64,000 nucleotides of DNA from Octopus sinensis (Eukaryota), in contig NC_043000.1 of NCBI RefSeq assembly GCF_006345805.1, forward strand, positions 140,802,001 to 140,866,000. Direction: 5' to 3'. Both the position numbers and the translations under genes were made by a program. This document shows positions 12,985 through 25,217 of this stretch, piece by piece. The notes beneath the pieces were generated by a model. It had not been told where the DNA came from, did no database searches, and worked only from the letters and a program-made list of their open reading frames with translations. Each line of letters opens with the position of its first letter. Within the stretch, counting starts at the first letter, position 1.

Positions 12985-13600
12985 TTATCCACACTCACAT
13001 GGTCAGACAGGATTTTGTTAAAGTGAATTTTTTGTGGATGCTCTTCCTGTCACAAACCCTTACTTGTTACCAAGTAAGGTGATATTTCCCCATGACTAGA
13101 CAAGTTTTCACAGAATACTGAAAATTAAGGACATCACTTGCATCACAACTATCTTGCGATGTCAAGACAGTAAACGTTATCATCATCATCATCATCGTCG
13201 TTTAACATCAGCTTACCATGCCAGCATGGTTTGGACAGTTTGACACCAGGTTCTACTGTGATTTGGTAAAGTTTCTATAGCTGGATTCCCTTCCTAATTC
13301 CAACCATTCCAAGAGTATAGTGGGTGATTTTTACATGCCACCAGCAAAGGTACCGTTGACATAATACCAGTATCAGCCATGACTAGAGTCTCAATTGGCT
13401 TGACAGGTCTTCACAAGCACAGTGTATCACCAAAGGTCTTGGTCACCTGTCACTGCTTTCATGAGGCCTAATGCTCAAATGATGCCTTTTACCTGGAGCC
13501 AGCATGGATGAAAGTCAGACAGCACTGGCATTGGCCATGACTATGATTTCAATTGGCAAGAGAGGTCTTCTTAAACACAGCATATTCCCTAGTCTGTTCT
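12985..13600 (-). mobile_element. Degenerate RTE LINE 3'-UTR-type repeats (family C)
   Basis: (CAT)n tail plus TTTAACATCAGCTTACCATGCCAGCATGG...GGATTCCCTTCCTAA, as in 25217 onward and 44508-45333. Confidence 0.7.
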
Positions 13601-13602
13601 TA

Positions 13603-13832
13603 TTTCTTTCTTGACCACAGGGGGCTACACACAGAGGGGACAAACAAGGCTAGACAAATGGATTAAGTCAATTGCATCGACCCCAATGCATAACTGGTAC
13701 TTATTTAATCGACCCTAAAAGAATGAAAGGCAAAGTTGACCTTGGCAGAATTTGAACTCAGAACGTAGCGGCAGACGAAATACCACTAAGCATTTTGCTC
13801 GGTGTGCTTACATTTCTGCCAGCTCGCTGCCT
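13603..13832 (-). mobile_element. SINE family B
   Basis: Same consensus as 9854-10083. Confidence 0.85.
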
Positions 13833-14089
13833 TCCCAAGCCTATTCTTATTCTAGCAGCTAGCCCTCGGAGCATCCACCCCACCCACTGACTTGGTCACC
13901 TAGGTAGGGGAAGCTATCAACTACTTCTAGTTTTCCCCACTGACGTATGATGGAATCTATTTTCTGTACATTTTAACTGTTAATTGTACTTGTGAATCTT
14001 CCACACACAAAAACTATTTTCCCAGTTAACCTTCCTGATATTGCTGCACCTCTTATGTATGTGTCCATAGCTAATACCGAGTGCATAAA

Positions 14090-14500
14090 CACACACACAC
14101 ACACACACACATACAATGAACTTCTTTCAGGTTCTGTCTACCTAATCTCCTCACAAGGCTTCAGTCAGCATGGGGTATGATAGAAGACATATGTTAGCAC
14201 GCCAGGTGAAATGCGTAGCTGTATTTCATCTGCTGTTACGTTCTGAGTTCAAATTCCACCGAGGTCGACTTTGCCTTTCCTCCTTTTGGGGGGTCGATAA
14301 ATTAAGTACCAGTTACACACTGGAGTCGATGTAATCGACTTAATCCGTTTGTCTGTCCTTGTTTGTCCCCTCTATGTTTAGCCCCTTGTGGGTAATAAAG
14401 AAACATATATAATAGAAGACATTTGCCCTTGTGCCATGTAATGGGACTGAACCCACAACCCATGTGACTAAGAAACAAACTTCTTACTACACAGCTAAGC
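14090..14500 (-). mobile_element. Old SINE family A fragment containing a nested family-B SINE
   Basis: Family-A sequence continues on both sides of the 14191-14411 insert. Confidence 0.7.
14191..14411 (+). mobile_element. SINE family B with 11-bp TSD
   Basis: ATAGAAGACAT at 14180-14190 and 14412-14422. Confidence 0.85.
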
Positions 14501-15030
14501 CTAGAAAAGTTGGTAGAGAACTTTACGCTATGACTTAACAGAAAATGGTAACAATTTCCCACCCATTTCTAGTATATTCTCTAAGTACACTAATTACACT
14601 ACGGCTTCTTAGATTGAGTCATTGAAGTAGCTTGATCAATTAATCAACACTTTTGAAGTTTCATTCTCATATATCAATAAAAGTCTCAAAATTGTGGGCA
14701 CATCAACATGTTATCCTCTCATCTCATGATAAGGTAAGGTGCTCACAGTTTAATTTCAGACTCTATAGTTATACACTGCACTTTCTTGAGATTTAGATAC
14801 AAATCTCTCGTACAATCTTTTGATAAACCAGAGGAGGTGCCTCTAAATGTCTAAACCAACATAAAATAGCACACAAATCTCCTACAAATATAACTCAACC
14901 ATCTTAAAAATTGATAGACACTTTGAATAACAATATACAATGTATGGATTAAAAATAAAAATGATGGCATAGCTAAAGCAGAAATGTTTTTATTATAAGT
15001 CAGCATGATTTGTGTTAATCTGGGCTAAAG

Positions 15031-15310
15031 TGGAGGCACATGGCATAGTGGATTAGAGCAGTAGACTCATGGTCGAGGGATCACAGGTTTGAATCTCAGA
15101 TCGGGCGATATGTGTGTTTATGAGCGAAACACCTAAACTCCACACGGCTCTGGTAGAAGGTAATGGCGAACTTCTGCTGACTTTCTCTCACTCTTTCCTC
15201 CTGCATCTTGCAGCTCACCTGCGATGGACTGGCATTCTGTCCAGGTGGGAAACCTATACACCAAGGAAACCAGGAAACCGGCCCTTATGAGCCAGGCACG
15301 GCTCAAGAAG
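15031..15310 (+). mobile_element. tRNA-derived SINE (family D-type head)
   Basis: GTGGAGGCACATGGCATAGTGGATTAGAGCAG...GGTTTGAATCTCAG. Confidence 0.75.
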
Positions 15311-15755
15311 GAACAAAAAAAACCTGGGCTAAACATTATATACAGAATTTTTTTCTTTTTTTTACACTTTTACTGTTTCAACCTCAATTTTTGTGCCTTT
15401 AGCAAAGTCCATTCTATTACTTGCATCTGGAAATAACTCATGCATTGCTTTCTACTGCAGTAATCCATGAGTCAGAGAGTTTTCTTTATTGGATTTTGCA
15501 ATGTGTAAATAGTCAAGGTGTATAGTACTGCACTTTTTCATTTTCCCTCAGTGGAAAAAATAACAAAAGTGTTCCTGTAGGGAGATATGGAGAATTTCAT
15601 TTCACCCATTAAAAGGAAGGACTTGTGTGGGTGCGTATGTATACGTAAATGTTTATGTATGTGTCTCTTTGTGTGCATATGTGCATGTGTGCCTGGATAC
15701 ATGCCTGTGTCTCTGCATGTCTGTATGTATTTGAGCACGAGTCAGTACTCAGTAA

Positions 15756-15925
15756 TATATACTAACAGTTTTGCTAGGTGTAGGAGTGGCTGTGTGATAA
15801 GTAGTTTGCTTACGGATCCCATTGTTCTGGGTTCAGTCCCACTGCATGGCATCTTGGGCAAATGTCTTCTACTATAGCCTCGGGCTTGTGAGTGGATTTG
15901 GTAGATGGAAACTGAAAGAAGCCCG

Positions 15926-15956
<31 letters not shown>

Positions 15957-16158
15957 CTGTATTTGTCCCCCAACATCACTTGACAACCGATACTGGTGTG
16001 TTTACATACCCGTAACTTAGTGGTTTGGCAAAAGAGACCGATAGAATAAGTACTAGGCCTACAAAGAATAAGTTTTGGGGGTCAATTTGCTCAACTAAAG
16101 GAGGTGCCCCAGCATGGCCACAGTCACATGACTGAAACAAGTAAAAGAGTAAAGAGTA
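15756..16158 (+). mobile_element. tRNA-derived SINE family A
   Basis: A box TGGCTGTGTGAT, B box GGGTTCAGTCCC, internal TA/TG repeat, tail GAAACAAGTAAAAGAG. Confidence 0.9.
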
Positions 16159-17666
16159 TACGCCAAATGAAAAACAATTCAATGTCAAGTAATATATTCC
16201 AGGCGAGAAATATGAGAATTTAGTTTAGATATTATTTTTGCATTTACTCTGAAATTAATGTTGTACATCTTCCTTTGCTATGACACAATGGTGTTTTGAT
16301 TGCTTAACACGATACAGTGAACCATACATGACATTTTCTGTCTTGTCCTCTGCAATAGATGATGTGACATTAATAGAGGAGAGCATATTTGCTTGGAGCA
16401 GACAATTTTCTTGACTCAGCAAACATCTCAGGGATAAACAAATGAACATGAAATATTTTAATCAAATTCTTGAGTTTTATGGGTGGAACAGGTTTTTTTT
16501 TCTTTTCTTTTTTTTTTAAATTTAACACCTAATTACTAATGAAAAATATCATTCAATGCCTTTAATGTGACAGCTGTTAATTTGAAAGTTGAACATATAG
16601 ATAGCTGCAAGTTAGCATAAAGATTAACTTTAATTTGGAAAGTTGCTTTGTGGCCAAGATTGTAAAAAGATCCTTTAAAAGCATCTTAGAAGTTTGACTG
16701 CTAATGTGGCATTAATAACAGAAATTAAAACTTCCTTAGGAATAATGGTTTTCTGTTTCCCATACGACTTTAATTATGGCAACCAGTTCCTGATCTGCTT
16801 ATGTCTTTTAGTAGCAGATTCCACAACAGATGCCAGTAAAAAGGCTGAGAACATGATACATCCTTCAGAGTAATGGACTGCATAATTCTGGGTTTTATGA
16901 GTCTCTTGCATCAACAAGACAAATAACATTAAGTATAATTTGAGCTGGAATAGAATCCAAACTCTTTCAATAGTACTAATATGCTAACATCTATTATCTA
17001 TAAGTACTTGGGAAGGAATTGTCTATCACTTTGTTCCCTTTACTACATTTATCAATCTGTTACCCTCGTGATCGTTAGATCATGGGTTTGATTCTCAGAT
17101 TGGGTGGTACATTGTGTTTTTGAGCTAAACACTTCATTTCATGTTTCTCTGGTTCCCCTTTTGATCAGCGGGGAAATGTCGGCCTGCTTGCCTAGCCAAC
17201 AGGGTGGTGTCATTTGAGGTAAAAACAATGCAAAAGCACATTGTGACCAGTGATGTGTAATGACATCTGATAGCCTGGTTGGTCACATGATCATGTGATC
17301 AATCTGATAAGCTATAAATGTAGCCCATTGAGTAAAAGAAGGGGCAGCTAGGTACAAACATTAATTTATCTTAGATTTTATACATTTCACTTCTTTCTTT
17401 TAAACAACATTAACAATAATAATGATTTACATATCCAAGAATTCTCAAGTTTATGGAGGGAAGAGAAATGGGATTTTTTTCTAATTCATGTATTTTCTTG
17501 TGCATTAGTAAGCAGTAATAAGACAAAGCAGTTCTAATCTGAAAATGAAACTAGCTTGCAGACCCAATTTTACTAACATTTACCACCTTAACTTCATTCT
17601 ATAGGAGAAGCATAAAAATGATATAAAATTACAAATTTTGTTTTTAATTAGTTATATAATATTTAT

Positions 17667-17878
17667 ATATACTCTTATACTTGTTTCAGTCATTTGACTG
17701 CGGCCATGCTGGAGCACCACCTTTAGACAAGCAAATCGACCCCGGGACTTATTTTTTGTAAGCCCAGTACTTAATCTATCGGTCTTTTTTGCCGAACCGC
17801 TAAGTGACGGAGACATAAACACATCAGCATCGGTTGTCAAGCAATGCTAGGGGGACAAACACAGACACACAAACACAT

Positions 17879-17915
<37 letters not shown>

Positions 17916-18060
17916 CATATATACGACGGGCTTCTTTCAGTTTCCGTCTACCAAATCCACTCACAAGGCATTGGTCGGCCCGGGGCTATAGCAGAAGACA
18001 CTTGCTCAAGATGCCATACAGTGGGACTGAACCCGGAAAAATGTGGTTGGTAAGCAAGCT
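17667..18060 (-). mobile_element. SINE family A
   Basis: Matches the family consensus; 5' head is clipped. Confidence 0.9.
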
Positions 18061-18252
18061 ACAGAATAATGAGCTGCCCTCTATGAATTATAAATTGCTA
18101 TTAACTAAAATTGACAGAAGGAATAGAATGTGTTTAGTAATGGCCATACCTTCCTGAGGAGACTTGTGAAAAATGGTTGTAAAATAGAATAAAAATAGGT
18201 CACTGAGAGTTAACCATAACTTCTTGATTATCTTTAAAGTGCTCACTGTTCT

Positions 18253-18480
18253 TTAACTCTTTTGTATTTAAACCGGCTGTATCCGGCCAAAATATTGTTT
18301 CTGTTTTATGTTCAAACTGGATATATCCAACCTATCACACCTGCCCTACAATGTCATTCTAAAAATAAACAATTGTATCATTGTAATTCCAAATCTATGA
18401 AATGATACATGATTAATTCAGAGAAATGTGAATAAATAAGCCTTACATTTAACAGAATAACCTGAATGCTAAAGGGTTAA
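18253..18480. mobile_element. piggyBac-like MITE
   Basis: TTAACTCTTTTGTATTT ... GAATGCTAAAGGGTTAA; TTAA at both ends. Confidence 0.65.
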
Positions 18481-18603
18481 GCATAGTCAAAAAGGAAATC
18501 ATGATATAATGTAAAAGTTATGTAAAGTACATTTTGAAAATTAGACCCAGTTTTGTTTTTCGAAGCAGCTAATACTTTAGCTGTATGAATAAAAATTCAA
18601 TAT

Positions 18604-18748
18604 GTGTAGGCGTAGGAGTGGCTGTGTGGTAAGTAGCTTGCTTATGAACCACATGGTTCTGGGTTCAGTCCCACAGTATGGCACCTTGCCCAGGCCAACC
18701 AAAGCCTTGTGAGTGGATTTGGTAGACAGAAACTGAAAGAGGCCTGTC

Positions 18749-18804
<56 letters not shown>

Positions 18805-19024
18805 GTGTGTGTATACGTTTGTGTGTCTGTATTTGTCCCTCCATCATTACTTGACAACCAATGCTGGTGTGTTTACATCCCCGTAACTTAGCAGTTCAGC
18901 ATAAGAGACCGATAGAATAAGTACTAGGCTTACAAAGAATAAATCCTGGGGTTGATTTGCCCGACTAAAGGCGGTGCTCCAGCATGGCCACAGTCAAATG
19001 ACTGAAACAAGTAAAAAAAAGAGT
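18604..19024 (+). mobile_element. SINE family A
   Basis: Full head-to-tail copy. Confidence 0.92.
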
Positions 19025-19122
19025 ATGTGTGACTAGATGCTACAGAATTTGAGAAAGATGGGTGCCAAAACTAATAAATTTCTTATAGAATTTATATATA
19101 TACCTCATTTGAAAGCAGACAT

Positions 19123-19346
19123 AACCCTTTCGTTACCAACCCGGCTGAAACCAGCTCTGGCTCTCAATACAAATGTCTTGTTTTCATAAGTTTTGAATTA
19201 AAATCTTCCCCCAAACCTTAGTCACAATTTATGTTCCTAACACTAGCTTAATGATAACTAAGCTATTTTACTAAATTCTTTGTCATATTTAAAATAATTG
19301 AAAGAAACACAGAGCATCTCAAAATAAATACAGTAACGAAAGGGTT
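19123..19346. mobile_element. MITE with 14-bp perfect TIRs (piggyBac-like CCCTTT ends)
   Basis: AACCCTTTCGTTAC (19123-19136) and GTAACGAAAGGGTT (19333-19346). Confidence 0.8.
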
Positions 19347-20334
19347 GCATTTAGTTCCATATGAAAGTAATTGAAAGTAAATTCAAGTGGAAAATAATTT
19401 TTTTCAAGTGTTAATTACCAACAGGGAAAACCATTTATAAGTGACAGCCTCTCCAACTAGTTTTAATGTATGAAAAGGTTCTCTTGTTGTAAATGAGTAT
19501 CTACATAACTGCTAGCTTGTGCTTACATCTATATACTGACATTGCACATATTAGAACAATAATCAAGTTGAAATATGTAAAAACGTTGTTATAAATGTAT
19601 GACTGGTTTAAACTAAAAAACATCATCATGAAGGGAAAAAATAGCTTCACAGATAAAACTGCAAGCATGTCAAGAATACTGATATGGTTGAAGTAAAATA
19701 CAATCATATGGCCTCTAGGCTGTAACTTAAAATTGCACTTGGAGAACTTCATATTTGGACCTCAAAATGAATATCCTTAGATGCAAAGATATTAAAATAT
19801 CATGCCACAGCAGGACCAAAGTCTTAGACTTATTTTCATGATAAAGGCATGGCAAGAAAGTTAAACGAACGTTGAGAAAATTGAAAAAAAAAGAACCCTT
19901 TATGTTAATGCCCGGGGAAAATAAAAATGAGGAAAAATCGATTGATTTGGTGCTGCTAAAGAAACTAGAAGCTTTGATCATGAAGTTATTTATCAATGCA
20001 TTGTAACAAAGCTTTTCCACTAGAAAGTGCCAGAAACATACTACTTAGTACAATATAGAAACTTTAACTACAGAATATCTAATGACCGTGAAGAGACAAT
20101 CGAATCAAATTGATCAGTAAACATGATGCCTACATGAACAGATATCATGATGGAGTTGATTACTTTTGGCTCTGGAAATTTTCAGCATAATGGAATTTAC
20201 TCTATAAGAGAGAGATGGTGCAGATGAAATGGTTTTTGAAAATGAATAGATAATCCTACTATAGGGCCAGCTTGACCACTCTCACAGAAACATGAAAGCA
20301 AAACTTTTCAGATATCGAATTCTAAAATTTCTCT

Positions 20335-20700
20335 TCACATACATGCATGCATGCATGCATGCATACATACATACATACATACATACATACATGTATGCAT
20401 GCATACATACATACATATATACATAGACATATATGCGTTCATGCATGCATGCGTACATTCATACAGGCATACATATATATATATATGTGTATGTATGTAT
20501 GTATGTGTGTGTGTATGTGTATATGTATGTATATAGGTATATATGTAATTATATATACTACACACACAGACATATATATAAATATATATACATACATACA
20601 TACATATACATACATATACATGCATATATATACATATACATATATATATATATGTATGTATGTATGTATATGCATAAATATACATACATAAATATATGTA
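20335..20700. repeat. (CATA)n/(TATG)n/(TA)n compound microsatellite
   Basis: Direct inspection. Confidence 0.97.
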
Positions 20701-21329
20701 TGCATTTACATTTCAGCAAGCTAAAGTATATCTCTAAAAGAACAAGAGAAAATTATCTAAATTGAAAAATCTAGGAAAAGAGGCAACCAAGCATTGGTGA
20801 ACTGGAAAAGATGAAAAAAAGAATTATGCCCATTTGAAGTAAAATTCTATGAATTCTCAATGCAGCTACTATGCTTAAACAGTGTAACTGTGTATTGCAC
20901 ATCACGTCTATATGCTTTAAACCTAAGGAAACATTTCATGTAGAAAGGCTAAATGAAATAAAAATGCAGTGAAATTAATATCCTGGATAACAGTCTAAAT
21001 TGTGTTGTGACTGTGCAATTTGCATAAGTCTGTATGTTCCAGTATGCTTAGCTGGCAAAAAGATATGTTCGACTCCTATTTTACAGTTGGATGTTTAACT
21101 GTAAAAAAAGGTCATCTAGCAGTACTAAGCAGTAGTTTGGTAATGAAACCATAATTTTCATCAAAAATGAAAAAGATAACACCAAACAATACAAAAGAAA
21201 TTTTTTTAGTATCTGATAAGATTCTAATGTAATTCATATTAAACATGATGTAAGCACTGATTTTCAAACTAGAAACGGAGACGTATCCATTGATAGTACA
21301 CAAACCACTTACAGATTGACCAAGCCATA

Positions 21330-22700
21330 TTAATGATTAAATTAAGGAATGCTTATCATTTATCTCTTTAAATTAGACTCATTTACATGGATGAAGCTCT
21401 GTTGATGCAGGAAATGAGTCATGGCTCTGAAAGGTGGTAGTTTGATGATGCAAAGTTTGGACTGTAGACAGGGTGAGGCAGCACTTCTAGCCTGTCAACT
21501 TCTTTAAGTTTACACTTGGTCTCATTGGCAATGTGTGCTGGGGTATTGTCATCCTGTTGTAGTGTGTGTGTCTTCAATTGACCGCTACTGCATAGAGAGT
21601 TTTCAAAGCATCATATACTTGCTGCAGTTGTTGAGCATAAAGATGAGTATTCACAGCATGACCATCTGGGACAAGCTCAAAGTGCAACACTCTCTCAAAA
21701 TTCCACCAAACACACAACATGACATTCTGTTTAAATCACTCTTGCTTGGTTACAGGTCCTGAAACCTAGTCGAAACAAAGCCACTGTTTTCTCATATTAG
21801 GTTTACAAACATAGATCCAGTTTTCATCCCTATTTACAATTCAATGCTAAAAACAGGCATCACAAGGATTTGCCAGCTGTTCTTTGAAATCATTCATATT
21901 GCTGTGGCTGGTTTTGTTTGTTTGTTGAGCGAAGCGGTCTTCATCCCATTAGTGGAAGAAGTCTGAAACGTGGTCCTTTGCTATTCGTAAGACCCGCAGA
22001 AGAGAAAGCAGGTCAACCCCCGACACCGAGAGCATCGACAGATGGATGAATGTGCATCAAGGCTCAGCAGTTGCATAGGAAGTAGGGAAGAAGAAACAGG
22101 AAGAAAGAGTGAGAGAAAGTTGTAGCGAAAGAGTACAACAGGGGTCGCCACCACCCGCTGCCAGAGCCTCGTGGAGCTTTAGGTGTTATCGCTCAATAAA
22201 CACACACAATGCTCAGTCTGGGAATCGAAACCGTGATCCTCCAACCGCTAGTCCACTGCCCTAACCACTGGGCCATTGCACCTCCTGCTGTGGCTGGTCA
22301 TTGGTCAGTTCATGAGGATCTTCTCGACAGCATCTGTTTGCAAAGCTAAGTTAAAGGGAGTGTCAGTTAATGGTTCTTTGTAAAGGACCAAGTTCTGCTG
22401 ACAATGTACAAGTGCTTGTGCTTGGCTGTTGCCCAACTGGTTCAAGCAAGGCCTCACCTTCCACAACAAAAGGTATTCCTGACATTGGTTTTCTTTGAGG
22501 CTCTTCTTTGAAATATCTGAACCAGTTTTCTACTACACATTTATTGACAATTCCTTGGCCTTCCACATTATTAATTTCTTTTGCCTCTGTCCTTGCACTT
22601 CGTCTTTTTTCCCACAGGTAACATAAAATGCCTCTAATTACAAGTGTTTCAACACTCATTATAAAAGCTATAAAGAATAAACAATTAATGTTTATAGGTT
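21330..22700 (-). mobile_element. Decayed mariner transposon (transposase pseudogene) with nested SINE
   Basis: N-terminal HTH-like ORF at 22659-22363. LQQDDNTPAH (~21562-21533) and LPHPVYSPNFASSNYHL (~21481-21431) correspond to mariner HDNARPH and HPPYSPDLAPSDYHLF. Confidence 0.88.
21913..22285 (-). mobile_element. tRNA-headed SINE inserted in mariner, 13-bp TSD
   Basis: TGCTGTGGCTGGT at 21900-21912 and 22286-22298. Family-D-type head at ~22205-22285. Confidence 0.85.
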
Positions 22701-22842
22701 ATATATGAAAACAATGAATAAACAATTTAGTGATGGTTGGACAACAATTTGTTTCAAATTAATGATATACAAGGGAAATACAAGTCACCAAACATCAGTG
22801 AAAATCCAAAACAAGCTTTTGACTTAACACAGTATATATATA

Positions 22843-23284
22843 TATATATTTCTTTATTGCCCACAAGGGGCTAAACACAGAGGGGACAAACAAGGACAGA
22901 CGAAGGGATTAAGTCGATTAGATCGACCCCAGTGCGTAACTGGTACTTAATTTATCGACCTCGAAAGGATGAAAGGCAAAGTCGACCTTGGTGGATTTGG
23001 TAGATGGAAACTGAAAGAAGCCCGTTGTATATATGTATATATATATGTATATATATATATATATATGTGTGTATGTTTGTGTGTCTGTGTTTGTCCCCCT
23101 AGCATTGCTTGACAACTGATGCTGGTGTGTTTATGTCCCCGTCACTTAGTGGTTCGGCAAAACAGACCGATAGAATAAGTACTGGGCTTACAAAGAATAA
23201 GTCCCGGGGTCGATTTGCTCGACTAAAGGCGGTGCTCCAGCATGGCCGCAATCAAATGACTGAAACAAGTAAAAGAGTAAAAGA

Positions 23285-23285
<1 letters not shown>
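22843..23285. mobile_element. Chimeric SINE: family B (minus, 3' part) fused to family A (plus, 3' part)
   Basis: The switch occurs at GTGGATTT (22991-22998), which is shared by both families. Confidence 0.85.
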
Positions 23286-23312
<27 letters not shown>

Positions 23313-23315
<3 letters not shown>

Positions 23316-23600
23316 TCTCTTATTATAAAAGGCAGATTTTATCTGCCTCCCTTTGGGAGTTATACAAACCTACAATATAGGATTTCTTCAATTACAATTT
23401 ACCTAGCAGTTTTAAGAGTACAATGCATCGCGTCATGCCAGGTCCAGTTTTTAAAATTTAAACTCCAATTAAGCAAAATTTACAGAAAACTCACATTCTG
23501 GTGTGTGTGTCAAATGCTTTTCTTAGTCTGGTTTACACCACACGCAAACGCACACACACAGTGGGCAACGAATAAAATGAAAGTAATTCACTTACTGTAG
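23313..23600 (+). mobile_element. Possible Helitron-type non-autonomous element 5' fragment
   Basis: Begins A|TCTCTTATTATAAAAGGCAG directly after a TA repeat; no 3' terminus identified. Confidence 0.4.
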
Positions 23601-23679
23601 TGAGTGATTCTTTCACTCTGCCTCCCACTTCCTCTTTCAACACATACACACGCAAATATATAAATAAAATTGTAAGCTA

Positions 23680-23802
<123 letters not shown>

Positions 23803-23854
23803 ACAGGAAAGTTTTTTTAGCCGAATATAACACCTATATCCAAGTAGCAGAAAG

Positions 23855-24040
23855 ATAAGACAGTAAGGTGTGATTTGAGGGAGATTTGGCTGCTATTTCT
23901 ACCATGTCTAGCTGCCATGTAGGGGTCTCCCTCATAGGCTCATACATACATATATACATAGATAAGACAGTAAGGTGTGATTTGGGGGAAATTTGGCTGC
24001 TATTTCTACCAGGTCTAGCTACCATGTAGAGGTCCCCCTC
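23855..24040 (+). repeat. Two tandem copies of a ~75-bp interspersed-repeat fragment
   Basis: AGATAAGACAGTAAGGTGTGATTTG.GGGA.ATTTGGCTGCTATTTCTACCA.GTCTAGCT.CCATGTAG at ~23855 and ~23960. Confidence 0.8.
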
Positions 24041-24380
24041 AATTCTTTTATTCTTCTGCTTTTTCCAGCCATTGCTCTGTGGCCATGCTGGGGCAATGCC
24101 TTGAAGAATTGTAGTTTAATGAATCAACTCCAGTTTTATTTTTGTAAGCATTGTACTTATTCTATCTGTTTCCTTTGTCAAACCACTAGGTGACAGGGAT
24201 GTAAACAAACCAACATTCGTTGTCAAGCAGTGGTGGAGGACAATCACAAGCACAGACACGCACACACACACACACACACACATACATGCATACACATATA
24301 CACACATACATACATACATACACATATACACACATACATACATACATACATATATATATATATGTGTGTGTATATATATA

Positions 24381-24639
24381 TTGCAGCGTGGAAGGTGTTT
24401 GTAAGCCATTTAAGAAACACACAAAAACCGTTACATTCACTTCAACATTTAAATTTAATTTGCCAAAATATTTTCGTCGCTTTCAGACCGCGACCTGTTC
24501 ACTGACAAAAATATCGTGCTAACAGGTCGCGGTCTGAAAGCGACGAAAATATTTTGACAAATTTAATTTAAATGTTGAAGTGAATCTAACGGTTTTTGTG
24601 TGTTTCTTAAATGGCTTATAAACACCTTCAATGCTGCAA
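24381..24639. repeat. Long inverted repeat (119-bp arms, 21-nt spacer), Penelope-like inverted terminal structure
   Basis: 24381-24499 is the reverse complement of 24521-24639 with only a handful of mismatches. Confidence 0.95.
24459..24509 (-). ncRNA. Minimal hammerhead ribozyme variant with G3-C8 core
   Basis: Minus strand: UUUGUCA-GUGAACA-G-GUCGC GGUCUGAAA GCGAC-GAA-AAUAUU-U-UGGCAAA. Stem I 7 bp, stem II 5 bp, palindromic stem III. Confidence 0.55.
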
Positions 24640-24715
24640 CTGTTTTCGTTCCAGCACACGATCTCAGATCAAGTCACTTGCTATGCAAGTACATCTCTGT
24701 AACTATATATATATT

Positions 24716-24746
<31 letters not shown>

Positions 24747-24804
24747 TGGTAAAAACAGTAAGATAACAAAAGAAAGAAAGAGACCTCAATATTATGTAAA
24801 TAGA

Positions 24805-25180
24805 GGAAATCTGTCTGTCTCCTACGATTTAGATTCCTAACTACTCCCACATTTTGCGGTGCAGTTTAACCAAAACCGGGTATCTTATAGTCGTGATACA
24901 TATCGAGACCGTCTGGGTATTAGCGCGCGTCTACGATGAGTCTACGATTTTTAAAAAAATTTACCATCAATTTTTCCCATTTTTAATCCATTTTTGACAT
25001 ATATAAGGGAAGTAACTCTCTAAAATTTATTATTAAATCTCAGAACGTAAAAAGCTACAGTAACGCCCCTCCCCCTTTGTGGTTAGCCATATTGAGATGG
25101 CTATTATACTTTACATCTCTAAAAATGCTTATATAATTATTTCCCTTACAAACCCGAGCAACGCCGGGCGATACTGCTAG

Positions 25181-25181
<1 letters not shown>
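24805..25181 (-). mobile_element. Helentron-associated (HINE/DINE-like) non-autonomous element
   Basis: Minus-strand start TACTAGCAGTATCGCCCGGCGTTGCTCGGG; far end AGACAGACAG. Similar start at 62409. Confidence 0.65.

Positions 25182-25216
<35 letters not shown>

Positions 25217-25217
<1 letters not shown>

Noticed and set aside
20131-20160. YMNRYHDGVD resembling the piggyBac YN..MGGVD motif
   Set aside because: Single short motif; flanking frames show no further transposase similarity.
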